From contig CALZGC010000039.1 of assembly GCA_945786985.1 (NCBI GenBank), positions 495-64,494 of the forward strand: a DNA stretch of 64,000 nt. Direction: 5' to 3'. The stretch comes from an uncultured Nitrospirota bacterium. GTDB lineage: Bacteria > CG2-30-53-67. Each line of letters begins with the position of its first letter. Positions within the stretch are counted from its first letter, which is position 1. Below the pieces are notes generated by a model, which was not told the origin of the DNA, did no database searches, and was given only the letters and a program-made list of their open reading frames with translations. Shown here piece by piece: positions 47,123 through 56,577 of the stretch. The translations under genes were made by a program, and so were the position numbers.

Positions 47123-49891
47123 CTACTGCTCGTGGCACGTGGTGCAGTCGCGGAAGTCCTCGAGAATGTACGCCCCCAGGTCAGGATCCCACACGAAACT
47201 GTGGCAGTTCAGGCAGTCGTAGGTGGCATCCGGCACTCCGTCGCCGTTCGCATCAGGTTTCGGCACGATACTGTCCGGTATGATTGGCGTTCCCACGCGC
47301 TGGTGGTGCAGGTTGGGTATCGACGCACTGGTGAGGAGAAAGCCCTCCGAATGAGGATGACAGGTTGTACAAGTATTGCCGTCTAAGTGACTCTGCCCAC
47401 CGGGCGCCGTCCCATCTGACTGATGGTGGTTCGTGGCGCTGTGGCAGGTTTCACAGACATTCTCCTCGTGAGGCGGTCCGTCCGCAAAGGACCCCGGCCC
47501 GGAACGTGCCGTGAAGTCAATAACGCTGCCCGGAATGACGCTTCCCGGAACCGTCGATCTGACCAGTTTCAAGTTCGTCTGTTCAAACATCGGGTTATGG
47601 CAGTCGACACACTGGTTGGTATAGCTATAAGTGCCCGACCCGTTCACATCGCTGTGCGTCAGGACATTCGGCGCCGCCGGGAAGCCGTCTTTGAGGACGC
47701 CCGTTGGCGCATGACACTGCTCGCACTTGGAATCGGGAATGGGAGAACTGAAATCTGAAGTGCTGACGTGACAGTAATCACAGTTGTTCAGAAACTCCTG
47801 CGTGTCGTGCGGGGCCGCCGGTGTACCTCCTGTCGGTGCGAACCCATCGGCATGGGAATGACAGGCGGTGCAGGCAAGTCCGTTATTGTGATCCTGCCCA
47901 CCCGGTGCCGTCCCATCGCTCTGTTGGTGGTTGGTACGGGTATGGCAGGTATTGCAAATGTTCTCATCGTAAGGCGCGCCATCGGCAAAGGAGCCCGGCC
48001 CTGTGGGCGCGGTGAACTCCACAAAATTCTCCACCGACCCGCCCGTCGTCTGATTATCGAAACAGATGGTCCGTTTGATCAGCTTGCCGTAGGTGGTGCC
48101 GAACTTGTTGTTCTGCTCCTGGGTATGGGGGTTATGGCAGTTCACGCAGTCCGCCCCCCAGGTGCCATATTTGTTCCCGAGGATCCCCGATGAGTGGGTC
48201 ACGACATTCGCAGCCGAGCCGAACCCGAACGGATAAGCATCGGGGTACTGGGCTTTGAGGACACCGTTGAGCGGATCGGAGGTATCGTTCGGATCGGCGT
48301 GACACCGCTGGCACTGATAGCGGGTGTCATCGAGAAAATTGGTCAGATTGTGGCACTTGCCGCAGAACAGCGCATTGTTGTCCGGATGAATCGTGCCGTC
48401 CGGATTGAGAAGCTGACCCAGATGGGGCTCATCCCTCGGCGTGGTCACTGTACCACAGGTCGGAGGACCGCAGTCTTCTAAATCCGCCGCATCGGTCAGG
48501 TTGTCGCAATCGTTGTCGATCCCGTCGGTGCAGACTTCCAGATTGTCAGGATAGCGCTTCGGATTATTGTCATCACAGTCGGAGGCGCAGCGGGCCACCC
48601 CGTCGCCGTCTGCATCGACATCGGAGGAGAAATCGAGCCGGCTGTCACAATTGTTGTCTTTACCATCGCAGATGCGAAGCGCACCGGGGTAGACAGTCGG
48701 ATCGGTGTCGTCACAATCTCCGGCAGCCACGGCCACTCCGTCACCATCATTGTCACCTGCGACCGCGACGCAACTACTGTCCGCTGCATCGGTCATGCCG
48801 TCAAAGTCATTGTTGCAACCGTCACTGCAGGTCGGACTCCCCACCGGCCCTTCCAGCCCGATGAGGGAAGCGCCCACACAGTCACCGTTGGAGCAGGTGT
48901 CGCCGCTCGTACACGGGTCGCTGTCGTCGCACGCGCCGATGGCAAAGGTACAGTCGTTGTTGCAGCAAAGACCGCCGTCGCACTGCTCATCGGCCTCCAC
49001 GATGCCGTTGCCGCAAACGCCGACCGCATCACACCTGTCCGTAGCTTCGTTACAAGTCGTGCCGCCGGTACAGGGGTCGCCGGCAGAAACACAGGCGCCC
49101 GAGCCGTTGCAGCTCTCCGTGCCGTCACAGAAAACTCCGTTGGAACTGCAGGCCGTAGCGGTGCTCGAAAAAGTGCAGTCCGGATCGCAGCACTCGCCGC
49201 CATCACACTGCTCGCCGGTCTCCACGGTCCCGTTGCCACAAACGGCGCCCGTATCGCAGGTATCGGTCGATTCGATACAGTTCGTCCCGCCCGGACAGGG
49301 GTTGCCGGCGGAAACACAGCCGCCCGAGCCGTTGCAGCTCTCCGCGCCGTCACAGAAAAGACCGTTGTCCGTGCAGGCCATGCTGGGCATGGCAAAGGTA
49401 CAGTTGCTATTACAGCAAACGCCCCCATCACACTGCTCGCCACTCTCGACAATCCCGTTTCCGCACACCGGACCGCCGCCACCGACGCAGCCCCCCAGAT
49501 CCGCTGTGTCGACCCGGCGGTCGCAATCGTTGTCTTGGCCGTCGTCGCAGATCTCCTGATTGCCGGGAAAGTTTGACGCGTCGTTGTCATCGCAGTCCCC
49601 CCCACATCGCGGCACGCCGTCGCCGTCGGCATCCACATCGGTGCGGAAATCAAGGCGACCGTCGCAGTTAGTGTCGAGGCCGTCGCAGATACGGATCGCA
49701 CCCGGAAAGACGTTGGCGTTTGTGTCGTCGCAATCGACACCCGGGTTGGGACAGTCCGCTGCTCCGGCAACCCCGTAATCGTCGCCGTCAGCATCCACGC
49801 AGGCCGTCGCCGTGGGACTCGCCAGCGCAACGACCAGAAAACTAAAGAAAAAAACCGATAGGAAGGTTTTTAACGACCGTGTCTCTCTCAT
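47123..49891 (-). CDS. secreted 12-haem c-type cytochrome with putative metal-binding motif repeats and three Myxococcus cysteine-rich repeats (CGNGxVExGEQCDGG)
   Basis: Start MRETRSL after a GGAGGGG RBS; signal peptide. DADGDG/DCDD repeats at both ends of the N-region. Three ~75-aa CGNG...EQCDGG repeats. Twelve CxxCH. About 75% identical to the 43553 paralogue across the haem region. Confidence 0.88.
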   Translation of the reverse strand: MRETRSLKTFLSVFFFSFLVVALASPTATACVDADGDDYGVAGAADCPNPGVDCDDTNANVFPGAIRICDGLDTNCDGRLDFRTDVDADGDGVPRCGGDCDDNDASNFPGNQEICDDGQDNDCDRRVDTADLGGCVGGGGPVCGNGIVESGEQCDGGVCCNSNCTFAMPSMACTDNGLFCDGAESCNGSGGCVSAGNPCPGGTNCIESTDTCDTGAVCGNGTVETGEQCDGGECCDPDCTFSSTATACSSNGVFCDGTESCNGSGACVSAGDPCTGGTTCNEATDRCDAVGVCGNGIVEADEQCDGGLCCNNDCTFAIGACDDSDPCTSGDTCSNGDCVGASLIGLEGPVGSPTCSDGCNNDFDGMTDAADSSCVAVAGDNDGDGVAVAAGDCDDTDPTVYPGALRICDGKDNNCDSRLDFSSDVDADGDGVARCASDCDDNNPKRYPDNLEVCTDGIDNDCDNLTDAADLEDCGPPTCGTVTTPRDEPHLGQLLNPDGTIHPDNNALFCGKCHNLTNFLDDTRYQCQRCHADPNDTSDPLNGVLKAQYPDAYPFGFGSAANVVTHSSGILGNKYGTWGADCVNCHNPHTQEQNNKFGTTYGKLIKRTICFDNQTTGGSVENFVEFTAPTGPGSFADGAPYDENICNTCHTRTNHQQSDGTAPGGQDHNNGLACTACHSHADGFAPTGGTPAAPHDTQEFLNNCDYCHVSTSDFSSPIPDSKCEQCHAPTGVLKDGFPAAPNVLTHSDVNGSGTYSYTNQCVDCHNPMFEQTNLKLVRSTVPGSVIPGSVIDFTARSGPGSFADGPPHEENVCETCHSATNHHQSDGTAPGGQSHLDGNTCTTCHPHSEGFLLTSASIPNLHHQRVGTPIIPDSIVPKPDANGDGVPDATYDCLNCHSFVWDPDLGAYILEDFRDCTTCHEQ
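48860..49466 (-). repeat. tandem ~225-bp coding repeats (Myxococcus cysteine-rich repeat units) inside the giant cytochrome gene
   Basis: Near-identical DNA at ~49060–49150 and ~49290–49380 (…GCCGTTGCAGCTCTCCG(T/C)GCCGTCACAGAAAA…). The antisense ORF 48705..49559 displays the periodicity. Confidence 0.7.
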
Positions 49892-49980
49892 GGCCCCTCC
49901 AGAGATTAAGATGATGTGATGAATGCCTCGTATCCTCATATTTTCGAGCCGTTTCAGAAGCCAAACAAGCCAAAAAATAC

Positions 49981-49996
49981 GCAATATGCATGCCAC
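49981..49996 (-). promoter_or_regulatory. sigma-54 (−24/−12) promoter for the 12-haem giant cytochrome
   Basis: Minus strand TGGCATGCATATTGC (TGGCA-N6-TTGC, canonical spacing), ~75 nt upstream of the start at 49891. Confidence 0.55.
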
Positions 49997-50438
49997 AGGA
50001 TGACAATCCGACCTATCGCTTTTCGTGAATATTTCCATATAGTTACCTGCGGACGCGTCCGCTATTGTCGGGAGGAGTCTCTATCTTCACGCTAAATGAC
50101 TCAATAAAAGGGTTTAATAACATATTTTAGACGATTATTGGGTTAATTGAGTGTAACTAACGCGCAATTATATCATAATAGACGTATAAATGAAGTCTGT
50201 GTGCTATGCACGACTTTTATTTGCTCCAGATAACCGAATAGAAGAAGCAACGGCAGCGAACTGGCCATTCTTCCGTCTCGGAGTGCACCGTGACAGCCGA
50301 CACGTCTTCCCGGTCAGGGCTCAGGGTCGCCAGGGCCGTTCCAGCCTATCTGAAGGAGCGGAAAATAAATGTGCCTACAAAATTTCGCTTTGCAATGGGC
50401 GGTCTCCGGTCTATACTGCGTATTTTTGGGAGACCTTC

Positions 50439-51809
50439 ATGCGATTCACGGCTCTGGGCGGTTGCAGCGAAGTAGGGGCCAATGCCTACCACCTTGAAAT
50501 CGATGGTACGGGGATTCTGCTGGACGCAGGCATCCATCCGAAGAAATACGGCTTGGAGAGCCTCCCCCTGATCGAGGTGGTGCGGCGCAAGGAAATCGAT
50601 GCCGTCCTGATCAGCCATTGTCACATTGATCATCTGGGAGCCCTGCCAGTCATCTTGAAATACTTCCCCACCCCCCGGGTCTTCATGACGCAGCCCTCAC
50701 TCCCCATCGCCATGCGCATGCTTCACAACACCGTCACCGTGATGGGGCGGCTGAGAGAAGAGAAGGGCATCGAAGAGTATCCCTTTTACACACACGAGGA
50801 TATCGATCTGGTCGCCCCGCTGTTTCAGCCGATGGACTACGACACCCCCTTTCTGATCCCTGCGAATTATGGAAGCCGCACGTCCCATGTCGAGGTGGAG
50901 TTTCTGGATGCGGGCCACATTCTGGGTTCCTCCGGCATTATGATCCGCAGCGACGAAGGGAAAGTCTTTTACACCGGCGACACGTGCCGTCACGACCAAA
51001 CGGTCATCAAGGGAGCCATGTATCCCGAGGAGCAGGTGGAGACGCTGATTCTTGAGAATACCCTCTGCGCCAGTGTGGATGCCGAACGCAAGCGGCGGGG
51101 AAGTGAAATTCTGCGCCTCGCAGCCGAGATCCAGAAGGTGGCCGCCCGTGGTGGGTCCGTTCTGATCCCGACCTTTGCATTGGGGAGAACCCAGGAGATT
51201 CTGGCGATCCTGGATCAGCTTAAGACGCGCAACCGAATTCCTGACATTCCGATTCTCGTGGGCGGTATGGGGCGGGTCTTTTCCAAGATTTATGACCGCT
51301 TCTCACTTCAGACACGACGCAAGGATCCGGAACTGCTCTTCAAGGAGATCGCAACAAAGAAGATCGGCCCCAAGACGCAGCTGACAGAGAAGCTCGTGAA
51401 AGACCCCAGTATCGTGGTCGCTACCTCCGGCATGTTGAGCGAGAAAACGCCGGCCAACCGCCTGGCACAGGCCATGCTCGAAGACCCCAAGCATGGCATC
51501 TTCTTCGTGGGATACCTGGATGAGGATACTCCCGGTGCCCGGCTGTTAAATGCCACACCGGGAGAAGACGTTGTACTGGACAGCGGGGAGCCGCCGCGAA
51601 TCAGGAACTGTGACGTGCAGTCCTTCCGTTTCTCTGCTCACTCCCACCGGGGCGAGATCCTGCAACTCATCGAGAGTCTGAACCCGCGGAAGGTCATTCT
51701 CGTTCACGGCGACGCCGGGGCCATCGGCTGGACCGCCGAAACAATCCGGCAGAACTACCCCGGCATGGAGGTCATCGTCCCCAAGGCGGGTGTGGAGGTG
51801 ACCCTTTGA
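50439..51809 (+). CDS. MBL-fold metallo-hydrolase, beta-CASP RNA-metabolising family
   Basis: HCHIDHLGALP (HxHxDH), beta-CASP motifs (DAGHILGSS, ...HGD). 457 aa from MRFTALGG. Confidence 0.88.
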   Translation: MRFTALGGCSEVGANAYHLEIDGTGILLDAGIHPKKYGLESLPLIEVVRRKEIDAVLISHCHIDHLGALPVILKYFPTPRVFMTQPSLPIAMRMLHNTVTVMGRLREEKGIEEYPFYTHEDIDLVAPLFQPMDYDTPFLIPANYGSRTSHVEVEFLDAGHILGSSGIMIRSDEGKVFYTGDTCRHDQTVIKGAMYPEEQVETLILENTLCASVDAERKRRGSEILRLAAEIQKVAARGGSVLIPTFALGRTQEILAILDQLKTRNRIPDIPILVGGMGRVFSKIYDRFSLQTRRKDPELLFKEIATKKIGPKTQLTEKLVKDPSIVVATSGMLSEKTPANRLAQAMLEDPKHGIFFVGYLDEDTPGARLLNATPGEDVVLDSGEPPRIRNCDVQSFRFSAHSHRGEILQLIESLNPRKVILVHGDAGAIGWTAETIRQNYPGMEVIVPKAGVEVTL

Positions 51810-51850
51810 TGCCGGGACCGGCGGAAGACGCAGGGTCTCTGGACCCCGGT

Positions 51851-52831
51851 CTAGAGCCAGTGGTTCCTCCCCTTCATGGCCTGAAGCGCTGCGCCGGCGG
51901 CCCCGATAACCCCGGCATCATCACCAAGCTTCGCCCGTACGATCTTCGCCCGGATTCTGGGCACCTTGAAAGCCCGAACGGTCACCTCCTCTTTGACTAT
52001 GGGAATGAAATCCCGCCAGGCTGCCGTCACTCCGCCGCTGAGAACAATGATCTGCGGATTGAATGTATTGACCATGTTGGCAATGCCGATCCCAAGGTAT
52101 CGCCCCATCTGGTGAATCACCCGAAGACAGACCAGGTCTCCGGCTTTGGCAGCCCTGAAAACGTCACGCGCGCTGAAAACATCTTCGCGCCCCTGAAAGC
52201 TTGTCTTCAGGATTGAGTCCTCCCGGATGAGACGCCGTTTGACCTCCCGGACGATCCCCGTGGCGGAGGCGTAGACTTCCAGACATCCGGTGTTTCCACA
52301 CTTACACTGCGGACCATCGGGATTGACCGTCGTATGGCCGAGCTCGGCCGCCATGCCGTCTTCGCCGTGCCAGACCCGGCCATTGAGAATAATCCCGCCG
52401 CCTACCCCTGTTCCTAGTGTCAGACAGATCAGGCTGTCGGCCCCCTTGCCGGCACCGACCCACTTCTCGCCGTAGGCCGCAGCATTGGCATCGTTTTCCA
52501 CTACCACCGGCAGTGAGATTCTCCTGCGGACAATAGCTTTCAACGGTACCTCCACCCAGTCCGGAAGATTCGGTGAGGAAACGATGACCCCGCGCCGGAC
52601 ATAGATCACGCCCGGCGCACCGATGCCCACGGCCTGCGGGCGGCGGCCCGCTTCTCTCTCCCGCTGCACCGAACGCTCGAGCATCTGAAGGAGTTTCTCG
52701 ATGACCAGATCCTTGCCCGCTTCCGGATCGGTGGATTGTTTGGTCCGGTGCAACACGGAGCCCTGCATGGAGATCGCGGCAACCCGGATGTTCGTTCCCC
52801 CCAGGTCCACGCCGATGATTGATTTTTTCAT
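51851..52831 (-). CDS. glk: ROK-family glucokinase
   Basis: IGVDLGGTNIRVA, ENDANAAAYGE, and the ROK zinc motif CKCGNTGCLE. Confidence 0.88.
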   Translation of the reverse strand: MKKSIIGVDLGGTNIRVAAISMQGSVLHRTKQSTDPEAGKDLVIEKLLQMLERSVQREREAGRRPQAVGIGAPGVIYVRRGVIVSSPNLPDWVEVPLKAIVRRRISLPVVVENDANAAAYGEKWVGAGKGADSLICLTLGTGVGGGIILNGRVWHGEDGMAAELGHTTVNPDGPQCKCGNTGCLEVYASATGIVREVKRRLIREDSILKTSFQGREDVFSARDVFRAAKAGDLVCLRVIHQMGRYLGIGIANMVNTFNPQIIVLSGGVTAAWRDFIPIVKEEVTVRAFKVPRIRAKIVRAKLGDDAGVIGAAGAALQAMKGRNHWL

Positions 52832-52856
52832 GGAATCTCGTTAAAGAGCGGCGGGC

Positions 52857-55055
52857 TCAAACGCTCCACATGATCGCCTCAAAATGCTCGGACGGAACGT
52901 GAAAGGAAAGGGGGGATCCCAAGGGCCACTTTTCGAGCTCCATCCCCTTTCGTTCGACCCGCACGAAGAAGCTGACCCGGTCCCCCACCGACACATTCAG
53001 CTGGGCAAAAGGGATCGCCACTTCCATGATCCTCTCCCAGGCCACATCCGACAGGGCTGCCTCGGCTTCGCCGTTTCGGGAAAGGGTGCCCCGAATCCCC
53101 TCCTTCTCGAACCAGAGGCGCACGCGAACCCCTGCAGGCTCCACAAAGTGGAGGTCAAAACTGAGCTTGCGCATCTCCTTGGGCTCCATCCGCCCAGTCT
53201 GGTCCAGTCGGACAAAAAGGGTTTCCAGGCCAAACCCGTAGTAGATGCGGCGGATGATAGCATCGGCCTGATGCATGGTGCCACCCACCGTGCTCACATC
53301 GTAGAGCGCAGCGGAAATCCACTCGTAATAACTGGTGACCAGCCCGTCCACCGTCGGCTGGATGAAGGCCGTGATCTCCGAGGTGACCGCGGGCCCCTTT
53401 TCCCGGATGATCGGTATGAACAGCTTGTCCGGCGGCGTCTCACCGAGAAGGGTATAGACGTTGGCCAGATGCTTGCGGTACAGCTCATCGAAATCCTTGT
53501 CGTTCTGGGAAGAGTGATCGTCCCCGTACCACCAGTTCCAGTCGCTCCCTTCGGCAATATAGATCTCGCGCCAGGCCTTTTCCAGTTTCCCGGGATCCAG
53601 CTTGTCTGCCCTGTCCCGTTGCGCGCGCACCAGAAACTCACGGGTCTCATAGAGATAGTCCCATGCCTTGTTGTCCTCCTCATGACCGATCCAGACGCGG
53701 AAGTTGTGATTGATCCAGGACCCCGAGTGAAGCCGCGGCAGCGTCCTTTTCGGCGGGAACCGCTCGAGATAATCTCCGACGGTCGTCGTCTTGATCAGGG
53801 GGTCCTGACTCAGACGGGTGTAGAACTCGGTGAAAAAGTCCCACCCATCGTTCCGGTAGTGCTCCCACGCATTTTCGCCGTCCAGTATCACGGTGACGAG
53901 GGGCGCCTCCTGAAGGTCGATGGTGGCATTGCGTATCTGATGGATGTGATGCAGAAAGTCCATGGCGGCATCGCGGGGGTCCCAGCGGGAGTAAACGAAT
54001 CCGATGAGATCGGACAGGCCGTGATCCCGGAAAACAATATCCAGGGAGCTCCCCTGCGCTTCCACCCGGTAGGGTTGGTAGAGAAAGTCCTTTTTCTCCT
54101 TTTTCTCTCTGGCCAGGCCCGGAAGGAGGGAACAGATCAGGATCTCCTCGTCCGTCGCTATCCAGCGGATCCCCGTGTCGGCGACAATGGGGATGATTTC
54201 TTCCGACACGGAGCCCTCGGAGGGCCACATGCCGAGAGGCTTTCGCCCGAAGAGCTTCTCGTGATAGGCCACGGCCATGTCCACCTGCCGGCGGGCGTCT
54301 TCGGGATGAATGAACTGATGTCGGGGCAGATGAATCTGCGGACAGGCATCCCGGGCGCGGTCGGTATTGCAGACGAGCGGCAGAATGGGATGATAAAAGG
54401 GCGTGGTCGAGATCTCGATCTGACCCGTTTCGGACAGTGCCCTGTATTCGGGTACGATCGACCGCATCACCTCAATCTGCTTCTGCAGCAACCGCCCCTT
54501 CTCCTCCTCGGTAAATCCTTCCCCCTTCGCCAGCAATCCCTGCAGGAACGGATCGGTTCGCTTGAACAGCGGGTCGAACCAGGTCAGATTGAAATAAACC
54601 TGCAAATCGAGGAAATCCTGGGTGCTGAAGATCTTCCGGACCCGCTCCAGGTGCTTTTCGCCTGCCTGGAAGCCTCGCTTCTTCAGCAGATGCCAGTACC
54701 GCGGGTAGGGCTTCACCATGTTCTCCCACTCTGCGAAGAAAAAGCTCTGCAGCACAGCGATCTGTTCCTGCTTGTTCAGCTCCACCGCCGGTTTCAGCGA
54801 AAGGTCCATAAAGAGATCTTTGGCCTGGTTGTCGGTGTAATCGAGAATCTGCTCGAGCAGGCAGGGCACCAGGTTGAAGTTCTGCCGGATAGAAGGATAT
54901 TCCCGCAGGATCGCCACCATGTCATAGTAATCCTTGATGCCGTGCATCCGCACCCAGGGCAGACGGTACTCCCCTTTCACCAGGTCCTTGTAATAGGGCT
55001 GGTGCATATGCCAGACGATCGACAAATAGATGGGATTATTCGATTTCGACATCAC
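52857..55055 (-). CDS. glycoside hydrolase family 57 protein (alpha-glucan-active; branching-enzyme/amylopullulanase-like with a C-terminal extension)
   Basis: N-terminal GH57 catalytic domain (IVWHMHQPYY...WVRMHGIKDYYDM...). 732 aa. Confidence 0.88.
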   Translation of the reverse strand: MMSKSNNPIYLSIVWHMHQPYYKDLVKGEYRLPWVRMHGIKDYYDMVAILREYPSIRQNFNLVPCLLEQILDYTDNQAKDLFMDLSLKPAVELNKQEQIAVLQSFFFAEWENMVKPYPRYWHLLKKRGFQAGEKHLERVRKIFSTQDFLDLQVYFNLTWFDPLFKRTDPFLQGLLAKGEGFTEEEKGRLLQKQIEVMRSIVPEYRALSETGQIEISTTPFYHPILPLVCNTDRARDACPQIHLPRHQFIHPEDARRQVDMAVAYHEKLFGRKPLGMWPSEGSVSEEIIPIVADTGIRWIATDEEILICSLLPGLAREKKEKKDFLYQPYRVEAQGSSLDIVFRDHGLSDLIGFVYSRWDPRDAAMDFLHHIHQIRNATIDLQEAPLVTVILDGENAWEHYRNDGWDFFTEFYTRLSQDPLIKTTTVGDYLERFPPKRTLPRLHSGSWINHNFRVWIGHEEDNKAWDYLYETREFLVRAQRDRADKLDPGKLEKAWREIYIAEGSDWNWWYGDDHSSQNDKDFDELYRKHLANVYTLLGETPPDKLFIPIIREKGPAVTSEITAFIQPTVDGLVTSYYEWISAALYDVSTVGGTMHQADAIIRRIYYGFGLETLFVRLDQTGRMEPKEMRKLSFDLHFVEPAGVRVRLWFEKEGIRGTLSRNGEAEAALSDVAWERIMEVAIPFAQLNVSVGDRVSFFVRVERKGMELEKWPLGSPLSFHVPSEHFEAIMWSV

Positions 55056-55112
55056 GCGATCCCCCGAAGCGGGACCGATCCGACAGGCCGGTGGCCGGTC
55101 ACGGCAAGCGCG

Positions 55113-55487
55113 TCACCGCGCGTCCACTGCGGACCCGTCGGCCGGACGGATCTCCCTTGGATCGAAAAGATAGACCACTTCGTTTTCTTTGACAAGGCCC
55201 AGTTCTTCACGGGAGATACGCTCCACCGTAAAGGGGTCCTCCCGCGCGGCCAGGATTTCCTCCCGCAGCACGCGATTTTCTTCGGTCAGCCGGTCGTTCG
55301 TCCGCACCCAGCGCTCCCGTTCCCCCTCCATTCGTTGCAAATGCAAAAGGCTCTTGTCCCCCAGCAACGAGGTAAACAAAAAGAAAACAGCCGAAAGGAA
55401 AAACACCAGACCCAACGCGGCCCTCGTATTGCGACTCCCGGAGGACGGCTCTCCCTTCTTCTCTTTTGAAGAACGGCCCCGTTTCAT
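55113..55487 (-). CDS. ftsB: septum-formation initiator FtsB/DivIC-like protein
   Basis: Basic N-terminus, single TM (ALGLVFFLSAVFFLFTSLL), coiled coil LQRMEGERERWVRTNDRLTEENRVLREEI. Confidence 0.55.
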   Translation of the reverse strand: MKRGRSSKEKKGEPSSGSRNTRAALGLVFFLSAVFFLFTSLLGDKSLLHLQRMEGERERWVRTNDRLTEENRVLREEILAAREDPFTVERISREELGLVKENEVVYLFDPREIRPADGSAVDAR

Positions 55488-55701
55488 ACGCTGCCCGTCC
55501 GATCGTTTTGCCGTACAACCAAGCAAGCGCCCCGATGGCGGGAAGACCGGCGTCCCGGCGTCGGCGTCGTGCACCGACAGGCCTGCCGAAAAATGAGCGA
55601 CCGCAACTCTCTATCCTCCTGTCATCGCTACAATATTCTGAAAAACTCATGGTAGCACAACGGCATCGGGATGCCAATGAATTTTGCCGAACCACCACCG
55701 C

Positions 55702-56466
55702 TCACCCGTTTGGCAAGAGGTCCGATTCGGGGCGCACAGAGCGCTTCCGGCTCGCCGCCCACATCATCTGTCGACAGATGCCTCTGAAAATGCGGACTTC
55801 CCTTTCGTCCAGACAGGACCGTCCGAAGACCCTTCGGAGGTCCCGCATGATATGGGCGGGATTCTCTCCGTTTAGAAAGCCGACGGATCTGAGGGCCTCC
55901 TCGAAATGGCAGTACATGGCTTCCAGAGTGCGGGTGTCCGAGCGCGGCCTGTCGGCGGACTCTCCCCCTTGAAGGGTCGCCAGGAAAACCTCATAGGCGA
56001 TGACCATAACCGCCTGTGAGAGGTTGAGCGAGTGGCACGCAGCGCTGCCCGGAATGGAGACAAATTCCTGGCAAAGATCGAGCTCACGGTTGGACAGGCC
56101 GCAGTCCTCCCGCCCGAAGAGCAGCGCAATGCGATCTGCCCTATGTATGGACAGCAGCCGTTCGGCCAGTTGGCGCGGTGGCTGAGCCTCGAATCGGAAG
56201 CGTTCGCGATCGGGAGGCACGGTACCGACGACCAGATGGCAATCGGCCAGCGCGGAGGCCAGTTCGTCAAAGATTTCCGCCGCCGCTAGGATGTCCCGGC
56301 CCCGCACTGCCATCCAGCGCGCCATGTCTGCATAATAGTCGCACGGCGAGACCAGCCGGAGCTTGCTGAGGCCCATATTCATCATAGCCCGCGCCACGGA
56401 CCCCACATTGCCGGGGTGTTGGGGACGATGAAGCACTACGGTGATCCGATCCAAGTGTTCCTGCAT
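55702..56466 (-). CDS. SpoU/TrmJ-family RNA 2'-O-methyltransferase
   Basis: SPOUT motifs (VVLHRPQHPGNVGSVARAMMNMG; LLFGREDCGLSNRELDLC; ACHSLNLSQAVMVIAYE). Confidence 0.85.
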   Translation of the reverse strand: MQEHLDRITVVLHRPQHPGNVGSVARAMMNMGLSKLRLVSPCDYYADMARWMAVRGRDILAAAEIFDELASALADCHLVVGTVPPDRERFRFEAQPPRQLAERLLSIHRADRIALLFGREDCGLSNRELDLCQEFVSIPGSAACHSLNLSQAVMVIAYEVFLATLQGGESADRPRSDTRTLEAMYCHFEEALRSVGFLNGENPAHIMRDLRRVFGRSCLDEREVRIFRGICRQMMWAASRKRSVRPESDLLPNG

Positions 56467-56577
56467 GGCGCCTCCGGAATCATCCCATGATAACCTACGG
56501 AGCCCATTTGTCAATGCCGGAAAGCGGCGCTTTCCGTCTCGACCTCAACCACCGGACGGGTGCCGATGACGTGCAGT

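Noticed and set aside
48705-49830. Plus-strand 284-aa repetitive ORF and an overlapping minus-strand 345-aa ORF in another frame
   Set aside because: Shadow frames of the Cys-rich repeat region of the 12-haem cytochrome; their periodicity reflects the real CGNG…EQCDGG repeats.
52884-55469. 861-aa plus-strand ORF
   Set aside because: Antisense to the GH57 gene, which has a clear catalytic-domain signature.
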